In this document: positions 25,367-37,585 of the stretch, piece after piece | Position numbering within the stretch: position 1 is the first letter of the stretch | Layout of the letters: the number at the start of each line of letters is the position of its first letter | Source of the DNA: Octopus vulgaris | Taxonomy: Eukaryota | Reading direction: 5' to 3' | Assembly (NCBI GenBank): GCA_951406725.2 | Contig: OX597827.1 | Span: 44,516,001 to 44,580,000, forward strand | DNA length: 64,000 nt | Notes under the pieces: model-generated | Databases searched by the model: none | Seen by the model: the letters and a program-made list of their open reading frames with translations, nothing else | What the model was told of the DNA's origin: nothing | Program-made: the position numbers and the translations under genes

Positions 25367-28300
25367 GGTTCGTACATATATGAAGGACTATGACACAACT
25401 TTTAAAGTTACCAACCACACTTTAGCCAGACAACAAACAGAAATAAAAATTACAATGCACCAGCCAGTCACCCAATGATAAACTGGACTTAACTCCAGAC
25501 AATAAACTCTTGTGTTTCTTATCTAAAATGCATTAAACAGAACAAAGGTGGTGGACAGAGGAAGATATATAAATACCAAACACATCAAAAAGAAAGATAA
25601 ATGATCTTTATCTATTTGGCATTAACAAAAACCATGTAACTAAGGAGAGGTAAGAGAAATCTTAAATACAACAACAAAAACAATATTAATCACATCCACC
25701 ACCCCGAAAAAAATTAAGCCGGAAAAGGAGGCATAAACAAACAAACAAAAGGAATAAGTACATACATGAAAACGCACGCAGTCAGCAAGAGAACTGAAGA
25801 GAAAATAAACATTCTAATAATGGTAGTAGCTAACCTCTACAGGCAGTCAAATGCGTCAGTAAGTATGTCAGCTTTAAAAAGAACAATTACTGTTTGAAAT
25901 AATATTTCTTCCTTTTTTTTCTTTTTTTGGCAAGAGAAATAGAGCAGCCACTTTTGAAGTTCTTTCAAGATCACAAAACTGCTGGCAAGCACACACATAA
26001 TAGTTATTATTATATCTGGTGAATTAGTCTAGTCTAAACTGTACATAACACTCTGTGTCACCGTCAATGAATTTAACCCTTTCAAATTATTCTGAATTAT
26101 CGATTTCTTACAATAGTCTCAAGGCTGTATATTTGTACAGAAAAATGAAACGAGCTTGCATGACATGTAGCTGCCTCATCCAACCCCTCCCCTCTCTCTC
26201 CAGGCAATATGAAATTAAAAGAAAAGGAAAGAAAAATTAAACTAAATCACCAACTTTGCAGGCAGCATCTTCACTTATGACCTTCAAATCTTGCTGTGCA
26301 AGATAAGACATTACATAAAAAGGGCAAAAATCCCAGAATAGCTTCTTACTTATCTACTAGAGGCAGAATTTGAGGCCTAAATTTCTAAGTTCAAATCCAG
26401 CTAACCTTAATATTTATTCCTGAGACATAGGTGGCAGTTATGGGTGTGATAAAAAATATCTTAATTCTTAATAACACACAAAGCAAGAAATTATACATAC
26501 GGAAAAGTGAAATTTTGAGGTCTTCAATTCTTTTCTCTCTGGGGCATTAACCAGCAAAAAACAAAATGACTATACCACTGAGAGCTACGACTATTGACAA
26601 TTTGTGTATCCTCACTCTATGATAATATAACACTGCTTATAGGCAGCACAACCAAGCAACAGTTGAGCAAATAATAAAATAAATAAACTTAGTACTATGT
26701 ACATGTGTTAGTCAGTGAGTTATTTCCTTGTTGGTCATAGCTGCCATCAGATAAACCAACTCAAGATTATCTTGAGTCAACAAAAGAAGCCTCTATGTAG
26801 TCATACTACCTGCTATAAACTTCAACCAAATCTTTTTTCATTCATAACCTAAAGCTTTAAGTATAGAAGGATGCATTGGAAAATGTACTTTCTGATGGCA
26901 TGATCACAACTAGAATGTCTTTGGAACTTGATGAGAACTGACTTGGTGTTTAACATCAAGATCTCGATTGCAATAGACTCTAGTGAAACTCAATTTTTGT
27001 CTATCAAGTAGAGTTATATTACCATGGGCCACAGCTCAGTGACTATAGCATGCATTATTCCAACAAGACATACATATGGCATATCCAGAGCTAAAAATTA
27101 CATCTTGTCCTTCAATGATATATTTGTATTCTCAAGACAGGGTGCTCCATCAGCAGTGATCTGAGGCTATGCAGTAACAACATCAAAAAGAAATCAGATT
27201 TATAGAAAATCTATTGGGAACCCACTGAATAAGGTCATAGACATAAGATTCAACAAAAACAAAAATCCAGACCAGTCAATGTTGTTGCTTGTCTTCCAAG
27301 ACATAACAACCAAATTCAGATTAACCATACCATTTTTAAAAACGGACACATTGAATAATAGAGTATTCTGGAGAATAAAAAAAAGATGTGTTGGTCTCAG
27401 TTGGAATGCCTTGAGATCAGTCTTTTGACCATTAGAATGGACATGAAGTTATTTTATGCAATTCATTTTATTTCAAGATAAGGCTGTGATATGCAGGAGA
27501 TTTCGCTGCTATTTCAAGTAGATGGGAAAAAAATACACAGGCCAATCATGGGCAACCTGTGTTCCCATGAGACATTCCGAATGGCAAACCTAATGTCTCA
27601 TGTTGCCTGCTTCTCAAAAAAAGGTTGTCCATGCCAGATAAAGAAGTTGCTTTTGGCTTGTCAAAAATCTACCAATGTCTAAGCTCTACCAAAATATAGT
27701 ATTAGTTTTGATTGTATGGCTTCACCTATTATAGAAAACCTCTTTGTTGTTGAGTACTATGTAAGGTAATCTCTGATGGATGTAAGTTTCAAAGTATTAA
27801 TATTTATTGTTTCCGACAGCAACACACATCATGGAAAACAAGTGTCACATCTCAAGGCATGAAATGATAAAACAAGGTAAGTTAGGAACATGATACTCAG
27901 TTCGAATCCTTACATGATCAATGTTTAGGGACACACACATTATATATATATATACACACACCTAAAAAAAAGTGGGGGGGGAGAGTAATGTAGATAATAC
28001 AGAGAGAGCTTAATTTAGCTTTAACAAGGAAGCAGGTTGTTACTGTATGAACAAACAGCCTAGCCCAAGCTCAACAATTACTTACATTTCCCATCCCCGA
28101 AAAGGTGGGTTGGGGGAGATGTGATTTCAGTGCAGCTTGTTGAAAAAAAAAAGAAAAAAAAGAGACCGTGAACTAAAGCTGTCCAACATATCTAGACTTG
28201 TCATTTCTGAATTTTATTCTCAGTGGCATCAGCATGCAAAAGGAAAGCCCAAAGAACAAAACAAAAAAAAATTATCAAAAGCCAACACCAAAACGCTAGG

Positions 28301-28914
28301 TGCATCATTAGCCCAAAACTATCCCCTTTCTAATCCTTAGGAATAAAAACCAAAGGAAGTAAAGATAACACATAAAATTGCTTCCAACTTGAATTACTCC
28401 TTTCATGTCTTAGGGGACAATACTCTGAGCCTTGTTTTCAGTTTTTAAAAAAATTATATTTTACTTTCTCCATCACCAATTCCTTCACCTTCTAAACAAA
28501 TAAATGCAGAGAAAACATTTTTTAGATCAGCATGTATGTGTCCAAACACACAACTAAGACAAGTGTCTTCTATTATAGCTCTGGACTGACTAAAGCCTTA
28601 GAGTGGATTTGGTAGATGGAAACTGAAAGAATCCCATCATATATGTATGTGAGTGAGAGAGAGAGAGTTTATGTCTCCTTGTCCTGATATTACCCTAAAA
28701 GTCCTAAATGGGTATACTGTCATACAAGCCAGGTCATTCATTTCCAATATTCTGTAAAAGCATTTTTGGCCATGAGAAAATAATTAATTCACCAAAAAGC
28801 TCATTTTTTTAAAAGCAATTTTGAAATTCATCAACAAAATACAGGTTTAATCTTACACCACCAAATGACAATGATAAATGAAGGTAAAAATACATTATAA
28901 GATTTGCATTAAGT

Positions 28915-29206
28915 ATACACTATATATATATATATATATATATACATATACACATATATATATATACACACATATACACATATATATATATACACATATA
29001 CACATATATATATATACACACATATACAACATATATATATATATATACACATATATATATACACATATACACATATATATATATACACACATATACACAT
29101 ATATATATATACACATATACACACACATGTATATATATATATATACACACACACAGATGCATGGTGTATGTATTGATCTGTATATATGTATACTCATGTG
29201 TGTGTA

Positions 29207-29242
<36 letters not shown>

Positions 29243-29245
29243 CAC
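28915..29245. repeat. Compound (TA)n/(CA)n/(TG)n microsatellite
   Basis: Direct inspection. Source of the spurious IY/HT/CV ORFs. Confidence 0.95.
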
Positions 29246-31955
29246 ACTCGGTTTGCTCACAATATTTGGAAACACACACACACACTATGGGCTTCTTTCA
29301 GTTCCTGTCTGCCAAATACACTCACAAGACTTAGGCAGACTGAGGCCAGTAATAGAAGGCATTTACTCAAGGTACCACACTGTGCAGTTGAACCTGGAGG
29401 CAGACAGAAAACGAATTTCTTAAACGCACAAACATACACATGCATGCATGCAAAGATGAGTGCTTGGAGTGAGGGAGTTCTACATTCCATCTCTTCACAT
29501 GAAAAGTATTGCACAAAATACAATATATATCTTGACACACCCTGCTATCAAGTTGTTACATAGCTCTGCACATGAAATAGAATTTTAAAAATCTATTACT
29601 TGAAAAGCAGATAAGGTTTAGTGACAGGAAAGGCATCCAGCTTTAAACTGAAGCCTTAGTATACATGTTCATCCAACCTATACAGGAATAGAATAACAAA
29701 TGTAAGACATTTACATATGTATACGCTATCATTATCATCATCAATATTTTAATGGTCACTTCTCCATGCTTGCATGGGTCAGACTGAGTTTATTGCAGAT
29801 TTTCTACAGCTAGATGCCCTTTTATTGCCAACCTCACCCATTTACAAGCAAAGTAATAATTTTTTTATGGCCAGACATGTTCTCGTAGAATATGAGTAAA
29901 AAAAAAAAACACTGCTATCATGACATCTGTCTTCCATGCAATGGTAAAACAAAGAGATTCAAATGTATACTATACACATACTAACACACATATGCATACA
30001 TGTATATAAAATGATGGCTTCTTTCAATTTCTGCCGATCAAATCATTTTGCAAGACTTTGGTCAGGCCAGGGCTACTGTAGAAGAGGTTCCACACAGTGG
30101 CACTGAGCCCAAGACCATGCAGTTGGAAAGAAACCATGACCACACAACCATGCTTGCATACACACACACACACACACGTGTATATGCAAACATATATACA
30201 TCCACACACATATATGTATTAATTCATATATATACACATATACACAATTAATGCAGTGAGCTAAAAAAAAGAAAAGAAAAACTTAGATTAACTAAGATTA
30301 TGCCCCGAGGTACATTTTGTTTTTTCACTGTCAGCTATCAGCTACATTGTTAATATTTATAATCAGCTTTAATACACCCACTCCCTCTATTTATCTGAGA
30401 CTTGCCAACGGGATTGAATATATTTCACTACGAAGGTCTGATAGTGCCAAAACAAGTATGCTTCTTACATTAAATGGCTGAAAGACAAGATTGATTCCTA
30501 TACTGCATTTTCAACTATATTTTCCAAATTTTCAAATAATTAATAGATCATATTGGAGTAGCCACATTTGCTCATTGTTGGAATTTTCTAAACACCCCTT
30601 AGAGTGAGTTCTATTAATTACACAGATCATCTTGGCTGACCAAAATTCTTCAATTCCCCCAATTACATGTGGGGCCCAATCAGGTTTTGGTGCTTTTCAT
30701 TCATCTTTTACTTGTTTCCGTCAGTGGAGTACAACAACAAAGGGGCATCCTCTGGAAGAGTTTAGTCATTCCATCAGTAGCCAAACTACTAGGTTAGGGA
30801 TGTAAACAAACCATCACTGATTGTGAAGCGGAGATGGGAGACAAAGACATAAATATATATATATGCATACGTATATGCAAGTCTTCTTTCAGTTTCCGTC
30901 TACGAAATCCACTCACAAGGCTTTGGTCTGAACCCAAGACCACATGGTTGGCAAACAAGCTTCTTAACCACACAGCTATGTCTGTTCACAGCTTTTCTAA
31001 CATGAATTATATACGTCTGCCACTACTTCATTCATCACTTGGTAATGTGTGTGTGTGTGTGTGTGAAGAAAAGACAAATATACTTAATTGTTGCAGATCT
31101 CTCTCTTGCTCCAAGATCTACTTCTGCTACTGAGTAATGAAGTTACGAAAATTCAGTATTTCCCAGCATACAAGTCAAATTTTTCAGACCAGATCAGACC
31201 AAAATTTACCATCAAAAATGGTAGGTCGACTCATGCAGCAAAACAACTTTGAAGGACCAAAAATCGCATGTGAAACACAGCAGGATTTGGAAAGATAATG
31301 ATGATGTTTGAATTTCTACCCAAGTATTATGGTGATTGTTTTCTAGAAATATGGTAATTAATGCAAAATAAATTCTGCTGGTGAACCTTATTGAAATGCT
31401 GTAGATTACATAAAATTAGATCATTAACTTAATGAGTAAAACAGCTTCCTCTCTTCTGTTGAATTATGATGTCTGTCAATTGTGACTAAGCTGGGATGTA
31501 CTTCATAGTTTATAAACAAATAAATCGGTAGTTATCTGCTCAATGTACACAAGAGAGAATAGTTAAATTAGTGTTACAAAAATTAATGTAATGAGCACAT
31601 AACTATCTAATTATCAATGAGTGCAGAAAAAAAATTACATCGGTGACTGGTATTAATTTGATCAGCTCACCAAGTACAGAAGACAACTCCAGACATGTTT
31701 CAGTCTTATTAAACCTCCTTAGCATAGAGCAGACTTCATTGCACTTCTCATAAGAGAATCACCATGCTGATGGAGTGAACTGGATAATTAGCATATTTTA
31801 ATAGCTCAGGATTTTAGCACATAAGTCACCAAGATTAATTACTCACAAAATCATATTTAATGCAGAGTGTACGAGTTGACTGCACTGAAATTTGAACATA
31901 AAATGACATCTTTCAAATAACACAATGCACTGTGCTATCCATCATCCTCTCTATA

Positions 31956-32300
31956 GGCATAAGAATGGCTGAGTGATAAGAAGTTTGCTTCTCAATCATA
32001 TGGTTTCAGGTTCAGTCCCACTGCGTTGAAACTTTGGACAAATGTCTTCTACTATATCCTCAGGAGGACTGAAACCTTGTGAATGGATTTGGTAGACAAA
32101 AACTGAAAGAAGCCCATCATGTGTGTGTGTGTCTCTTGACACCTGGTGTTTTTATGCCCCTGTGACTAAGCAGTCTGACAGCAGAAACTGATAGAATAAG
32201 TACCAATAAAGTACTCGGGTCAATTCATTCAATTAAAAATTCCTCCAGGTAGTACCCCAGCATGACCACAGTCTAATGACTGAAGCAAGTAAAAGATAAA
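31956..32300 (+). mobile_element. SINE family A with type-1 tail
   Basis: Collinear with 17214-17575, CpG-decayed. Confidence 0.8.
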
Positions 32301-32368
32301 AGGTAAGATACTGATAATATAAAAAATAGAATAAAATAAAATGTGGAAGTTAAAGAAACAGAAATTAC

Positions 32369-32548
32369 CATCAGATCAGCCAATCAGACAGCCAGCCCTC
32401 TCATTATCCCTTCCAATGTGATACACAATCAACAGCTAACAGATAAAAGCGTTGGCAATGCAAGATTTTAGCTTTCCATCAGCAATCATGTGAGCTTGGT
32501 GTGTGTAACAACATACAAGGTAATGAAACCTCACACCACAACATCCAT
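32369..32548 (-). other. Candidate non-coding exon
   Basis: Acceptor CATATTCATTATTTAG| and donor ATG|GTAATT followed by a U-rich intron. Stops in all three frames. Confidence 0.4.
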
Positions 32549-33509
32549 CTAAATAATGAATATGAAATGTTTAAAAAAATAGAAAAAGAAACACCTTAAC
32601 TATAGGAACCATCACATGTGCACTGAATAGTATTTAGTGAATTGAGTAAAGAACCCTAACTGCCACCAGTTTCTCTCTCTTCAGAAAATGCTATTTCTGG
32701 CACTGCTCAAAGTAGGTACACCTTTGTACCACAAACCAATTTCTTAATAACATTCTGAGAAAAGTTCGCTGTTGTTGACACCTCACCACCACCACAATGC
32801 ATTTCAATTTTTTTCCTTTTACAGACATCTTTCAAGTCTGAACAACCAACAGAAAGAACACAGCAATGCAAGCCATTAGAACAACAGTTCTTCGCCACCT
32901 ATTGTTATGGTTTGGGACAATGGTCAAAGTGAACAAGTGGTTTTAAAATGTCGTAAGTGTCACAGGTCTCTCAAATGTAAATCCTGTGGGGAAAACAGTC
33001 AGTTAAATCAACACTCAGAACTTGGACTGGTACTTATTTTACCAATCCTTCTAAGAACAAAAGGTGAAGTTGACCTCAAATGGCTTTCGAACACACTATG
33101 TAAAAGGTAGTAACAAAATACCACAACACATTTTGTACATTAGTCTACCAAGCCTGCTTATGTCTTCGAAGCCTCTAGAGGGTTTTAAGCTGCCAGTGCT
33201 TAACTGTATCAGTTACATTGGCATTAAACTCTATTTAAGAAGCTGACTTTTACTCAGACATTAGCCAAGTGATCCGATAACTTCCTCAATAATACAAGAA
33301 TATGCTTGCAAAGAACTTGAGTCCAAACTTTTTTATATGCATGCTGTATGGTTAAGAAACTTGCTCTTCAACCATGTAGTTTCAAGTTCAATTCCATTGC
33401 ATGGTACCTTGCGTATGTGTCTTCCACTTATAAACCCTAGACTAATCAATGCCTTGTGAGTAAATCTGGGGAAACCAATCATATATATATATATATATAT
33501 ATGATTGTG

Positions 33510-33693
33510 CAGGTGGCACGTAAAAAACACCCACTACACTCGCGGAGTGGTTGGCGTTAGGAAGGGCATCCAGCCGTAGAAACACTGCCAGATCTGACTG
33601 GGCCTGACGAAGCCTTCCAGCTTCACAGACCCCAGTTGACCCGTCCAACCCATGCTAGCATGGAAAACGGACGCTAAACGATGATGATGATGA
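33510..33693 (+). mobile_element. Family C retroposon 3' segment (young, CpG-intact)
   Basis: GGTGGCACGTAAAA...GGTTGGCGTTAGGAAGGGCATCCAGCCGTAGAAAC...CATGCTAGCATGGAAAACGGACGCTAAACG(ATG)n. An older copy lies at ~34845-35022. Confidence 0.8.
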
Positions 33694-33741
33694 TTGGTTT
33701 CCCCACCACTGCTGTCTACCATATATGTATATGTATGTATA

Positions 33742-34632
33742 TGGTTCTTGACTGATGACTGAGGGCTTCGAATGTCCCGTCCTGTGGTTCTTGTGTCGTC
33801 TCTGTGGCGTTTCATGTTCTTGTCCATGTCTGTAATTATTTTTACTGTTTACCTATATAATCGGCGGCTACGTATCCACAATTGTCCTTATATGATAAGT
33901 ATATTTTTTTCTCAAGCATTGATACGACTCTTAATCTTTCTTTCTCTCTCTCTCTCCTCCCTTATTCCCCCTCCTTTCTTTCCCTCTCCATCCGTTTCCC
34001 CCCCCCTTCTACGTTTCTCTATCTCTCTCACCTCCAGCCCCCTCGATCTGTCTCTTTCTTCTCCTCCCTCGTCCACCTTCTCTCTCTTTTCATCTGTCCC
34101 TTTCTCTTGTCTTTTGTTCTCACGTGACCGCTGACCGCTGTTGAGCGCTCTTTTCGTTCCAGCAGCCGTTGAAGCAACACGTACTTGTTCGTCTCCCTGT
34201 GGCCATTAGGCACAACTTCATAAGCCAGCCCCATGCTCAATTCGTCCTGTCGAAAGACCCTTGTCCTACGTCCTGGTTTTGTTTTGTTGTTTATTTTTTA
34301 TACTTTATTTTTACCGTTATTGTTTTTACGTTTTTGTATTCTTATTGTTGTCACGTATTCTGTATTTTTGTTCGTGTACTTCGTTCGTTTTCCGTCCTCG
34401 TGTTGTATACATTCGAAGCTTTCTTCCAGGGGATCTAATGCACTTGGCTTAGATTTCCCGTGGCGGGCTGCCCATATCGGAGCAATCTCAAGATTAATCA
34501 GCCGAAATTGCTAAGATGATCTGGTTCTTGACTGATGACTGAGGGCTTCGAATGTCCCGTCCTGTGGTTCTTGTGTCGTCTCTGTGGCGTTTCATGTTCT
34601 TGTCCATGTCTGTAATTATTTTTACTGTTTAC

Positions 34633-34639
<7 letters not shown>
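33742..34639 (+). mobile_element. Non-autonomous retroelement with 118-bp identical terminal direct repeats (Penelope-like/retrozyme-like partial tandem, 780-bp period)
   Basis: 33742-33859 is identical to 34522-34639. No TG..CA LTR ends, no credible ORF, embedded in TA-rich microsatellite, CpG-intact, with hammerhead core motifs at the repeat junction. Confidence 0.7.
34481..34542 (+). ncRNA. Candidate hammerhead ribozyme with non-canonical strand order
   Basis: AGCAA-UC|UCAAGA ... CC-GAAA-UUGCU ... UCUUGA-CUGAUGA-CUGA. Stems III and I are each 6 bp, perfect and in catalytic register. Stem II is atypical. Confidence 0.4.
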
Positions 34640-34665
<26 letters not shown>

Positions 34666-34688
34666 CACACACACATATATATATACAT

Positions 34689-34721
<33 letters not shown>

Positions 34722-35537
34722 TATAAAAAAACATGAACCTTAACACCCACATACACACAACAGAACTTCTGCCCACTAAATTCACTCAAAAAGCTTTAGT
34801 TGACCTGAGGTTACACACACACCAGTTCTGCCTGACTGGCTCATACCTGTGGCATGTAAAAAGCACCCACTACATTCTCAGAGTGGCTGGCATTGGGAAG
34901 GGCATTCAGCTGCTGTAGAAACCTAATCAGATCAGATTCTGGTGCAGCCTCCTGGCTTGCCAGTCCTCAGTCAAACTGTCCAACTTAGGCCAGCATGGAA
35001 AGCAGATGCTAAACGATGATGATACACACACACACATACATATATATACACACACACACATTCTACAACCTCAGGCAAGCCAAGGTTTTGTGAGTGAATA
35101 TGAATATATATACACATACACGCACGCATACATACATATGTACGTATATACACATTTTCTAATCGATATGACTTTACTGAAGTGAAAATCTTAATTCAAT
35201 CTATATGAGTTACAGTTACGTCCTTTCATAATGCTTACATCAGCATGATACGCTTGCTTTATTTAAATATAAATATGTATTCACTATTATTATTTGAGTG
35301 TAAAAATATTGATTCATACATAATAAAGCAAAATCACTTGCACAGTGAATATATATAATATATCAATTTATACATGCAATTATATATCATTGTTTACGTT
35401 CACCTTCCCATGTTTGTACAACTCTACCTGAGGCTATGATGACATTTGCCTAAGATGCCATGCAGTGGGATCAACATCCAACACTTTGTTGTGAAGCAAG
35501 GTGTGTGTGTGTGTATGTGCAAGTGTATCTATGCATG

Positions 35538-35912
35538 TATTCTTTTATTTGTTTCAGTCATTTGACTGCGGCCATGCTGGAGCACCACCTTTAGACGAGC
35601 AAATCAACCCCAGAACTTATTCTTTGTAAGCCTAGTACTTATTCAGTTAGCCGCTTTTGCTGAATTGCTAGGCTATGAGGACATAAACACACCAGCGTCA
35701 GTTGTTAGGCAATGTTGGGGGAGGAACAAACACACATGCATATACATATATATGACGGTCTTCTTTTAGTTTCTGTCTACCAAATCCACTCACAAGATTT
35801 TGGTCGGCCCAAGGTAGTAGAAGACACTTGCCCAAGATGCCATGCAGTGGGACTGAACCCGGAACCTTGTGGTTGGTAAGCAAGCTACTTGCCACGCAGC
35901 CACTCCTGCGCC
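35538..35912 (-). mobile_element. Near full-length SINE family A with type-1 tail
   Basis: Reverse complement is collinear with 17214-17575 and includes the 5' GGCGCAGGAGTGGCTG and B box GGGTTCAGTCCC. Confidence 0.88.
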
Positions 35913-36147
35913 TAGGAGTATATTTTACTTAAATCTTTTGTTTCAATCATCAGACAGCAAGCATATTCAGGTACTAACTTTGAAGGGCTCTGGTCAAACA
36001 GGTCAACTCCAGCACTGTTTTTTTTTTAATATGGTACTTATTCCATTGGCCTCTTTGTCAAATCGCAAAGATACAGGAGCATAAATAAGCCAACACTGGT
36101 TGTGAAGCAGAGTGGGGAGGTTGGACACACACACACATATATATATG

Positions 36148-36373
36148 TATAAGGTGCTGAAATGTTCCTGGCTTTAGGAAAAGGAAAATACAGGAGGATC
36201 AGTTAATTAGGATTTTATTCAATATTATCATAAGAGATATTCTTCTCTCAGATTCATAGACTTATTGCAGTTGTCCTTCAGTTTTTCTAAGTCCTGTGAA
36301 AGAAAGAAGGTTGGGACTTCAACCAGGCCTTTCGCGTTGTCCATATAGCCAAGAACTTTTCAGTAGCCCCTCA
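36148..36373. mobile_element. Degenerate mariner-type MITE
   Basis: Imperfect TIRs GGTGCTGAAATGTTCCTGGCT and AGCCAAGAACTTTTCAGTAGCCCC in a TA context. Confidence 0.6.
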
Positions 36374-37149
36374 TGTATGTTATGTGTACACCCACACCCA
36401 CAACAGGCTTCTTTCAGTTTCCATCTACAAAATCGCCTCACAAACTTTGATTCGCCTGAAGTTATAGGAGAAGACATTTGCCCAAGGTGCCACCCAGTGG
36501 GACTGAACCCAGAGTCATATGGTCAGGAAACAAGCTTCTTACCACACAGCCACGTCTGCACCCTTCTTGCATGTATTTTTTTTTTTTTATAAAATGTCCT
36601 GGACACAGAAACTATTGTAGCTAAGCAGTTTGCTTCCCAACCGTGTTTCTTAGGTTTAGTACTACTGTACAAGCATCTTGGGCAAGTGTAATCTATCTCT
36701 TCTACTATATCTCTAGGTCAAGGTCAACCAAAGCCATGAATGAATCAAGTAGACAAAAACCGAAAGATGTCTGTTGAACATATAGGTATATGTACACAGG
36801 TATGTCTCCTTACTTCATATGACAGTTGTAAACGAATGTCACCGTCAAGCGAGGTGTGTTTCTAATCTTTCATGAAAATGTCTAGTCAGTGGAGATATTA
36901 CATTACTTCAAAACAGTTGAGGGTTGGCAATGCGAAGGGCATCCAGCTGTAGAAAATCTGCCTCAACAAATTCCGCCTGACTCACATAGGCACGTTAAAG
37001 TAGATATTAAATTAAAAGTGTGTGCGCACAAGACAAAGAAACTATCTTCGACGTAAAACCACTGGTCCAAATGGGGGGGAAATAGTATCTTAGACTGCAT
37101 ACAATTCCCAGGAAATGTGGTGACAACACAATAATAACAATGATTTCTT

Positions 37150-37585
37150 TTATTACCTCAGCCTTAGCGAAGGCAGAGGTATTGTTTTCAGTTTTGCTTG
37201 TTTGTTTCTCCATGGACAAGATATCTGAAGAACCACTGGATGAATTGGGATGAAACTTTCAGGGATGTTTCTTTTTCTTGTCTTGAGACAGCATTCACCC
37301 AGGGTGGGTTCAGCTGGCTTCATTCATCCTCAATGCTGTATCTCTCATGACTGGCATGAACTGATTAGATTTTGGAATCAATCCAGTACCGGACAAGGAT
37401 TCTGGATTATTTTTCCTGTATTTTTTTTTACTTAATTTTTGAGAGTAGTTCATTTTTAGCATTCTCGTTTGTGAGAGCAGTCAAGTTTAATTCAGACATT
37501 CTCATTTTAAAAATCATCTCTGTCTAAACACTGAGAGGAGGTTGGTGTTGCCTTGGCAAAGGTTTGCACTCTGTGGGTGCTCTTA
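37150..37585 (+). mobile_element. Helentron-associated (DINE-1/HINE-like) non-autonomous element
   Basis: T-rich target. 5' ACCTCAGCC with nearby inverted GGCAGAGGT, a GTTT repeat, 3' subterminal GGCAAAGGT, then stem-loop GCACTC-TGT-GGGTGC and Ts. Confidence 0.6.

Noticed and set aside
28878-29563. Long overlapping ORFs (up to 181 aa)
   Set aside because: Translations of dinucleotide microsatellite and SINE sequence (IY/HT/CV repeats). The same applies to 39342-39981 and 51618-52382.
33742-34639. LTR retrotransposon/TRIM interpretation
   Set aside because: The repeats lack TG..CA ends, and no PBS, PPT or TSD is visible.
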